Assembly (NCBI GenBank): GCA_030748895.1 | Contig: JASMLC010000006.1 | Location: 15,442-79,441 of the forward strand | Direction: 5' to 3' | DNA length: 64,000 nt | Origin: Candidatus Poseidoniia archaeon | Lineage (GTDB): Archaea > Thermoplasmatota > Poseidoniia > MGIII > CG-Epi1 | Shown: positions 58,364-64,000 of the stretch, one piece after another | Layout of the letters: every line of letters starts with the position of its first letter | Numbering within the stretch: the first letter of the stretch is position 1 | Position numbers and translations under genes: made by a program | Notes under the pieces: generated by a model | Seen by the model: only the letters and a program-made list of their open reading frames with translations | Database searches by the model: none | What the model was told of the DNA's origin: nothing

Positions 58364-59821
58364 ATGACTCACCCGAGCGGGGGCATGGTCAAGCAGATAG
58401 TGCGCGAGCCAGGGCGCACCTTCAGCGAATTTTCACTACTGACCGGACTGACGCCGGCTGACTGCACGCTGCCCAATATCTCGCTGGCAACCGAACTCGG
58501 CGGGCTCGCGTTGCGGCTGCCGCTGCTCAGCGCCGCGATGACTTCCGTCACGAGCTACGAAATGGCACTTGCCCTGGGCAAGGAGGGCGGGCTGGGGGTG
58601 CTACCGGTGCGACTGCCCGTTGCCGAGCAGGCGGCCATCGTCGAGCGCATCAAGGGCTACGAGATGGGCTTCGTCGAGGATTCGGTCTGTATCGAACGCG
58701 AAACTACGATTGACGAAGCGGTGCGGCTGGTTGAGCGGCACGGCCACTCCAAACTGCCGGTCACCGACCGCAACAACATCTTTCTCGGGCTTTTCAGCTT
58801 CGACCGCTATCTGGAACTGGACGCGCCGCCGGGTGACCCGGTCGGGAGCGTAATGCTCATGCCCGAAGATATGGAATGCTGCCGCGACCCCGCACTGACC
58901 GTCGAGCAGGCGAAACAGCTGCTGGGCGAGGGGCGCTACCTGGTCGTGCTCGACGAGCTGGACCGGCTGGTGAAGCTGGCGTTCCGCAAGGACGTCGAGA
59001 AAATCCCGGTCGCCGCCGCCATCTCGACCCACAAGGGATGGCAGGAGCGGGTCGAGGCCAATATAGCAGCGGGCGTTGACATGATTGTCATCGACACATC
59101 AGACGCCCACAGCGAGTTCGTCGGCGAAGTGCTGGCCGCATACCGCGCGATGAAAACCGGCGTCCCGATTTGCGCCGGCAACGTCATCACCGCCGACGGC
59201 GCCCAGTACCTGATGGAGCAGGGCGCCGACGTCGTCAAAATCGGGATGTCGTCCGGCTCAATCTGCACCACCCAGCGTCAGAAGGCGACCGGCCGCGCGC
59301 CACTGACGGCACTCATCGCGGCCGACCGCGCGCGACAGGAGTTCTGCGACGAGGGCGGACGCTACGTGCCACTGGTTGTCGACGGCGGCGTCGGGTCGGC
59401 AGGCGACATGATTATCGCGCTGACGCTGGCGGACGCTGTGATGATGGGGGGCTACTTCAACCACTTTCTGGAGGCGGCCGGGGAAAAGCTGGACGAGAAC
59501 CTGCGGCTCACCAGCCATGAGCCGGAGATGCGCTGGGTTGCCACCTGGGGCGAGGGCTCCGCCCGCGCGCGCAATCTGGACCGCTACGGCCACGCCACGG
59601 CGAAGAGCTTCTTCACCGAAGGCGAGGAAGGCACCGTTGCCTTTCAGGGCCGCCTGAAGCCGCGGTTGAAGGAGGATATGCGCAAGGTCAAGGCTGCGCT
59701 CGCCAATACCGGCTGCCGCACGCTGGCGGAGTTTCGCGAGCAGGCGGTCATCGAGCTGATGTCGCCCCGCACCCGCGACGTGGTGGGCGACACACACTCC
59801 ATCCGGGTCGGCGGCGGCTGA
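58364..59821 (+). CDS. IMP dehydrogenase/GMP reductase family protein with CBS pair
   Basis: 485 aa; ...LPLLSAAMTSVT..., CBS tandem in the middle, catalytic loop GMSSGSICTTQ (canonical GIGPGSICTTR), VVDGGVGSAGD. Confidence 0.7.
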   Translation: MTHPSGGMVKQIVREPGRTFSEFSLLTGLTPADCTLPNISLATELGGLALRLPLLSAAMTSVTSYEMALALGKEGGLGVLPVRLPVAEQAAIVERIKGYEMGFVEDSVCIERETTIDEAVRLVERHGHSKLPVTDRNNIFLGLFSFDRYLELDAPPGDPVGSVMLMPEDMECCRDPALTVEQAKQLLGEGRYLVVLDELDRLVKLAFRKDVEKIPVAAAISTHKGWQERVEANIAAGVDMIVIDTSDAHSEFVGEVLAAYRAMKTGVPICAGNVITADGAQYLMEQGADVVKIGMSSGSICTTQRQKATGRAPLTALIAADRARQEFCDEGGRYVPLVVDGGVGSAGDMIIALTLADAVMMGGYFNHFLEAAGEKLDENLRLTSHEPEMRWVATWGEGSARARNLDRYGHATAKSFFTEGEEGTVAFQGRLKPRLKEDMRKVKAALANTGCRTLAEFREQAVIELMSPRTRDVVGDTHSIRVGGG

Positions 59822-60243
59822 TGCTGCCGCATTACCAGCACTCCCAGAATCCCTGGTGGGTGGCGCTGGTCGCGCTCTTCCTGATGGGGGTGGCAACCTA
59901 CCTGTTCCGGGAGCTTGACTGGCAAGCCGCACTCCTGCTCGGCTCGTTCGGCTTGCTGCTGGGGCTGCTCTTCTACCGGCTGCGCGTCGCCGTGGACGAC
60001 TCGCATCTGCATCTCGTGTTCGGCGTCGGGCTGGTCCGGCGCAGCATTGCCCGCGCCGATATCGTCGGCGCCGCGGCAATGCGCAACCGGTTCTGGTATG
60101 GCTGGGGCATCCGGCGCACCCCGCACGGCTGGATGTGGAATATTTCGGGGCTGGACGCGGTCGAAATCACGTACGCCAGCGGCAAGAAATTCCGCATCGG
60201 CACCGACGAGCCGGGACGGCTGCTGCAGGCGCTCGGCTACTGA
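59821..60243 (+). CDS. hypothetical membrane protein (140 aa, 2 TM plus small soluble domain)
   Basis: ORF with hydrophobic N-terminal helices; no family recognised. Confidence 0.4.
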   Translation: MLPHYQHSQNPWWVALVALFLMGVATYLFRELDWQAALLLGSFGLLLGLLFYRLRVAVDDSHLHLVFGVGLVRRSIARADIVGAAAMRNRFWYGWGIRRTPHGWMWNISGLDAVEITYASGKKFRIGTDEPGRLLQALGY

Positions 60244-60731
60244 GACCTGAGCAGCTCGACGAAATGGTCATACTCTTCGCCGAGGTGGACATAGCAACGG
60301 CGCCACGGCTTGAGCTGACCGTCACGCGCCGGGACGAAGCGCCAGGCGTGGCCGGCGCCGACGAGGTCTTCGGCGAGCAGGATGTCGCCGGCACCAATCG
60401 TGGCGCGGGTCGTCTCGTCAAAGCTTTCGACATCGCAGCTGCGGAACTCGAGGCAGCCGCCCAGCGTCAGCACCAGCTGCTTACGCGGCGCGGTGTGCGC
60501 CAGTTGCGGCCCCTCGCCCGCGCCGCCCTCCGGCAGCGGCGTGACGGCGAATTGCAGCCGCAAGTCGCCGGCGTTGTCGAGGATGTTCTCGTTGACGAAC
60601 AGTTCCGAGAAGAGGCCGACCGACCCGAGGCCAGTCTTCCGAGCCAGCGGCAGCACGGTCCACACAAAACGGGTCTTCCCGCCGGGGCCGGTGTACATGC
60701 GCAGGATTGGCAGCCCCGTTGCGTCAGCCAT
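60237..60731 (-). CDS. hypothetical protein, possibly cupin-fold (164 aa)
   Basis: ORF between the membrane-protein gene and gap. Weak cupin-like Gly/His pattern. Low certainty. Confidence 0.35.
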   Translation of the reverse strand: MADATGLPILRMYTGPGGKTRFVWTVLPLARKTGLGSVGLFSELFVNENILDNAGDLRLQFAVTPLPEGGAGEGPQLAHTAPRKQLVLTLGGCLEFRSCDVESFDETTRATIGAGDILLAEDLVGAGHAWRFVPARDGQLKPWRRCYVHLGEEYDHFVELLRSQ

Positions 60732-60732
60732 C

Positions 60733-61773
60733 CTAGCCGCTACCGTGCGCCGCAGCGATGGCGGCGTCAGTCTGCGCGACGCTCGCGCGCCAGTCCGCTT
60801 CGCTGCCGGTCAGCGCGCGGATGGCGTCGACGTTTTCCGGGACGACGTCGCTCTCCTGGTGGATAGCCTGAAAATAGTAGAGTCGGTCGCCCTGCAATGA
60901 AACGCCGTCTTCCCAGACGAAGATTTCGTGCAGGTCGCCCCAGCGGCGGCCGATGTCGCGCGCCATCTCCATCACTTCGGCCGTCGTCGTAATCCGGCTG
61001 TCGCCGCCATGCATCACGATGACGCGTGGCTGCGCGCGGAACAGCTCGACAACCGACTCGGTCGTCAGCCCGTGGCCTGACGGGAGCGTCGCGACGATGG
61101 CGTGAACGTGCATGATGGTGGTCGGCACCGCGACCGCCAGCGAGTTGATGCTGATTTCGGGGCGCACGGTCATCAGATCGGGACCGTGGTGGCTCGGCAC
61201 CTTGAGCACAGGTTTGATAGCGTTTATCGGCCCCTTGCCGGAATCGCCGGGGTCTGCCGCACGGCGAATCATGGTGCACTCGACCGCCAGCGAGCCGTAC
61301 TGCTCCCAGAGCGGCACCAGCGTGCGCGAGAGCCCGGTGGTGTTGCAGCTCACGACACGTGTCGCGTCGGCGCCAAGGTTGGCGTCATGGTTAGCGCTCG
61401 AACTGTAGGAAAGGCCGGTAAGCGCGTGCGGCTCACCGCCCTGAAAAACCGCCTTCACGCCCGCCTTGCGGTATTTCGCGAGATTCTCCGCGCCCATCTT
61501 GCCGGGCGAGCAGTCCACGACGACATCCGCCGCCGCGAGCAAGTCGGAGAGCGGGCCGGCGCACTCGTAGCCGCCTGCGTCGAAGGCGGCTACGCGGTCG
61601 GCATCGTCCGAAGTGCAGTAGAGCGGAAAGCCGCGGCGTACCGCCAGCTCGCAGCCAAAGCTGGGGCCGGTCTTGGTGACCCCTGCAATTTCCATGTCAG
61701 CCTGCGCTGCAATCGCGTCGGCAACGCGCTTACCAATGGTGCCGAAACCGTTGATGGCGACCTGTGTGGCCAT
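60733..61773 (-). CDS. gap: glyceraldehyde-3-phosphate dehydrogenase, archaeal type II
   Basis: 346 aa; INGFGTIGKRVADA N-terminus and VSCNTTGLSR catalytic-Cys motif of archaeal GAPDH. Confidence 0.9.
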   Translation of the reverse strand: MATQVAINGFGTIGKRVADAIAAQADMEIAGVTKTGPSFGCELAVRRGFPLYCTSDDADRVAAFDAGGYECAGPLSDLLAAADVVVDCSPGKMGAENLAKYRKAGVKAVFQGGEPHALTGLSYSSSANHDANLGADATRVVSCNTTGLSRTLVPLWEQYGSLAVECTMIRRAADPGDSGKGPINAIKPVLKVPSHHGPDLMTVRPEISINSLAVAVPTTIMHVHAIVATLPSGHGLTTESVVELFRAQPRVIVMHGGDSRITTTAEVMEMARDIGRRWGDLHEIFVWEDGVSLQGDRLYYFQAIHQESDVVPENVDAIRALTGSEADWRASVAQTDAAIAAAHGSG

Positions 61774-61800
61774 GCGCGCCCATTCGGCCGGTTTTTAAAG

Positions 61801-63894
61801 TCAGTCGTCGGTTTCTTTCTGCTCGACTATTTTCTTCAGGTCCTGTATGGAAATCGTGCGCGATTCCGGTTTCCGAGTAGATTCTTCCTCGTCGGGAGCT
61901 TCTGGTTCCGGCTCCGCTTCCACTTCGGGCTCTGTCTCTTCCGCTTCTGCATCCGCCCCGGAATCGCCATCCCCGCACGAGCCGACCGCGTAATCGCCCT
62001 CGCCCGCCGAGCCGACCGCGTAATCGCCCTCGCCCGCCGAGCCGGTCGCCACGGCCGCATCCCCGGCCAGCGCCCCTTCCAGCTCCGCATGGCGTTCCTC
62101 CGCCTCTTCCCCGGCAGATTCCTCGAGTTCCTCTTCGGACGACAGCTCTTCGTCTTCAGCATCCTGCTTTTCGGCAATCAGCTCCGATGGAATGACGGGC
62201 GGTTCGACCGGCTCGTCTGGCAGCGGCACCAGCGGTTCGACAGGCCTGGGCAGAACAGCGCCCGGTGTCGCAATCGCCTCGTAGTATTCCCACGCCCGCT
62301 TCTCGGCGGCCAGCGCAACCGCGTCGGCATCGCCGTCGTCGAGCGCCTGCCAGATGGCGGCGAGCCGGTCGACAATGAAGGCGAAATAGCGGGGCGCTGC
62401 ATCGTACGCCTGCTCGGTCCAGGTGAACGGAATCCACGCCAGCACCTGCCGGTTGCGGGAGTCGCAACTGAATCGAAGCTGCGGCCCGGGGTAGATGATG
62501 CCACCGCACGGAATGCGATAGTTATTCATGAACGCCAGCACCTTGTAGATATCCTGCTGGCGCGGTTGCTGGCGCAGGCCATACTGGCATTCGAAATAGA
62601 TATTGACGCCGCGGTAGTTCAGGAAAATCTCCGGCTGCCCGGAGCCGGTCGCTGGCGCGGCGGGCTCATCCTCCGGGAACAGTGCGCCCATGATTGAATC
62701 GCCCCATCCCTCGCGCACCGCGCCCGGGGCGTCGTAGCGCAGGACGCTCTCCTTACGGGGCGAGCGGAACTCGCGCAAGCTCTTTGAGTGGGCGCGCAGG
62801 CCGAGGCCGTTGGCCATCTCGCACACTATCCAGAGCGCGTAGACGTCAGCCATGCGCTGAGTTTCGACGAGCACGGTATCTTCGTAGTAGGATCGGTAGT
62901 CATGCAGGAACTCCTGCCAGAGCGGAGGCAGCTCACGGTAGGCACGGTTCTTGAGGCGACGGATTTCCTGCTCTGCCTCGCGGTTGATTTCGCGCGCCTC
63001 CTTACGGATGTGCCGCGCGACGCCCAGCAAATCCTTGAGCTTCCCGCCCAGTAGCATCTGCTTGTGCAGCTGGCATACTACGTCCAGCTTCTCCAACTGC
63101 TCCCGGACTTCGTCCGACGCCGCGTCTGGTTCCTGACCGTAGATGGCCGCCCACGCCTTACGCTCGCGCTCACGGCGGTCCATCTCGTCACGGAAAAATA
63201 CCGCCTCGGTGAAGAGTTCGATATGGAATTTTACCAGCAACAGGTTCGACGGCGTGTGCCATTTCCGCTTGCGGATATCGGTGACGTGGACGGTCGCATA
63301 TTCGACCCCTTTCTGCGCGCGTGCCAGCGCGGTTTTCTCCCAGCGCACCGCGCCGCGAATCGTCGATTTCATGTGCTTGCGCTGCTTCTCGATGAGATAC
63401 GAGTAGGCGCCCCGCTGGATGCGGCGCGTCAGCTTCAGCAACCTCTCCGAAAAATCGAGCAGCTGGGAGATGTTGAGCAGGATCTGCTCCTCCTCAATGG
63501 AAGCGGTCGCGCCGGGATAGGCGGCACCGCTCTGGTCATCCGCCCCCGCCGCCTGCACCAGCGCCGGGATGTGCTGCTCGCGCAATTGCTGGAAATGGTC
63601 GTAATCGAACATTCCGGGCGATATTACGACCTCGAGCCTGTTCGAGACGCAACCGCCGCCGTCGTGCAGTTCGAGCCGGTTGGCGCCAATGTAGTCAGGC
63701 ACCCGAAACCGCAACGAATGGGTCTGGTTGGACGGCAGCGCCGGCAATTTCTCGAGCGTGATATTCCCCAGCCGGAGGCTGGGCGCCTCAAGCGGCTTCA
63801 ATGCATGCACCAGCAGCGTCAGCGTCTCGCCCTCGAGCAGGTGCTTGCACCCCTCGGGCAGTTCCAGTTCGAGGGTCGCGCGCGGCGCAGCCAT
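61801..63894 (-). CDS. large hypothetical protein (697 aa) with acidic C-terminal region containing a tandem 10-aa repeat; possible nuclease-like core (speculative)
   Basis: Long ORF with normal composition in its first 570 aa, then an Asp/Glu-rich tail. Start ATG overlaps the stop of an upstream partial gene (ATGA coupling). Confidence 0.5.
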   Translation of the reverse strand: MAAPRATLELELPEGCKHLLEGETLTLLVHALKPLEAPSLRLGNITLEKLPALPSNQTHSLRFRVPDYIGANRLELHDGGGCVSNRLEVVISPGMFDYDHFQQLREQHIPALVQAAGADDQSGAAYPGATASIEEEQILLNISQLLDFSERLLKLTRRIQRGAYSYLIEKQRKHMKSTIRGAVRWEKTALARAQKGVEYATVHVTDIRKRKWHTPSNLLLVKFHIELFTEAVFFRDEMDRRERERKAWAAIYGQEPDAASDEVREQLEKLDVVCQLHKQMLLGGKLKDLLGVARHIRKEAREINREAEQEIRRLKNRAYRELPPLWQEFLHDYRSYYEDTVLVETQRMADVYALWIVCEMANGLGLRAHSKSLREFRSPRKESVLRYDAPGAVREGWGDSIMGALFPEDEPAAPATGSGQPEIFLNYRGVNIYFECQYGLRQQPRQQDIYKVLAFMNNYRIPCGGIIYPGPQLRFSCDSRNRQVLAWIPFTWTEQAYDAAPRYFAFIVDRLAAIWQALDDGDADAVALAAEKRAWEYYEAIATPGAVLPRPVEPLVPLPDEPVEPPVIPSELIAEKQDAEDEELSSEEELEESAGEEAEERHAELEGALAGDAAVATGSAGEGDYAVGSAGEGDYAVGSCGDGDSGADAEAEETEPEVEAEPEPEAPDEEESTRKPESRTISIQDLKKIVEQKETDD
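61979..62045. repeat. 30-bp tandem direct repeat (about 2.2 copies) encoding GSAGEGDYAV x2
   Basis: GAGCCGACCGCGTAATCGCCCTCGCCCGCC repeated back-to-back inside the 3' acidic region of the 61801..63894 gene. Confidence 0.7.
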
Positions 63895-64000
63895 CAGCCG
63901 AAGATACTCATTCCGGGTGAATCAACCATCTTCTCGAGCGTGTGGGTGATTTCAGCCTCCTCGCCCAGCACCGCCTGCGACTTGAGCAGCAGGCAGCGCA
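63894..64000 (-). CDS. partial CDS (C-terminal 35 codons, ...LLLKSQAVLGEEAEITHTLEKMVDSPGMSIFG*), translationally coupled to the downstream large hypothetical gene
   Basis: Open frame on the minus strand from the window edge to a TGA overlapping the ATG at 63892..63894. Confidence 0.4.
   Translation of the reverse strand, partial: RCLLLKSQAVLGEEAEITHTLEKMVDSPGMSIFG

Overview
This window is a high-GC (about 60-65%) archaeal chromosomal segment, probably from a Thermoplasmatota/Marine-Group-II-like euryarchaeote. The reasons are archaeal-type 16S rRNA termini, a solitary 16S gene not followed by 23S, aRF1, diphthine synthase, archaeal-type GAPDH, leaderless genes with TATA boxes about 25 nt upstream, and an intron-containing tRNA-Trp.

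Most of the window is housekeeping genes:
- carAB (carB is truncated at the window start)
- diphthine synthase, endonuclease IV, nadK, aspS, aRF1
- a four-gene amino-acid ABC transporter operon lying directly downstream of a solitary 16S rRNA gene on the same strand
- SRP54, rpe, the Nnr NAD(P)H-hydrate repair enzyme, purD, pyrE, rpl15e, purB, panE, an IMPDH-family protein and archaeal gap

Lower-GC accessory segments interrupt this backbone:
1. Two tandem giant genes (1975 and 1736 aa, 22.9-34.0 kb, minus strand) encode signal-peptide surface proteins. Each has BNR/Asp-box repeats, six Kelch-like repeats, Ig/CARDB-like domains, one C-terminal transmembrane helix and a strikingly conserved cytoplasmic C-terminal zinc ribbon (CPxC...CxGC). 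Each has its own TATA box.
2. Two paralogous BNR-repeat lipoproteins (9.3-12.4 kb) share the repeat type of the giant proteins.
3. A small AT-rich gene encodes a PD-(D/E)xK nuclease-fold protein.
4. A roughly 3.3 kb AT-rich island abuts the 3' end of tRNA-Trp. It carries an Fe-S repair di-iron (RIC) protein, a PhoU-like protein, a SnoaL-like gene flanked by 21-bp direct repeats, a short CDF transporter and micro-ORFs.

The 80-nt tRNA-Trp(CCA) intron encodes a textbook C/D box sRNA whose D-guide targets C34 of its own tRNA. Other notable points are a DUF309 gene frameshifted inside a (GCCGC)4 pentanucleotide repeat, a surface protein with an N-terminal thioredoxin-like CxxC domain fused to Ig repeats, a multi-CARDB surface protein, a ThiI-like THUMP protein lacking the PP-loop, and a large acidic-repeat hypothetical protein translationally coupled to a partial upstream gene at the window end.

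ORF coordinates follow the supplied six-frame track. Many alternative-frame Arg/Ala-rich ORFs are GC-rich artefacts and were ignored. Coordinates I derived by counting bases may be off by 1-2 nt.
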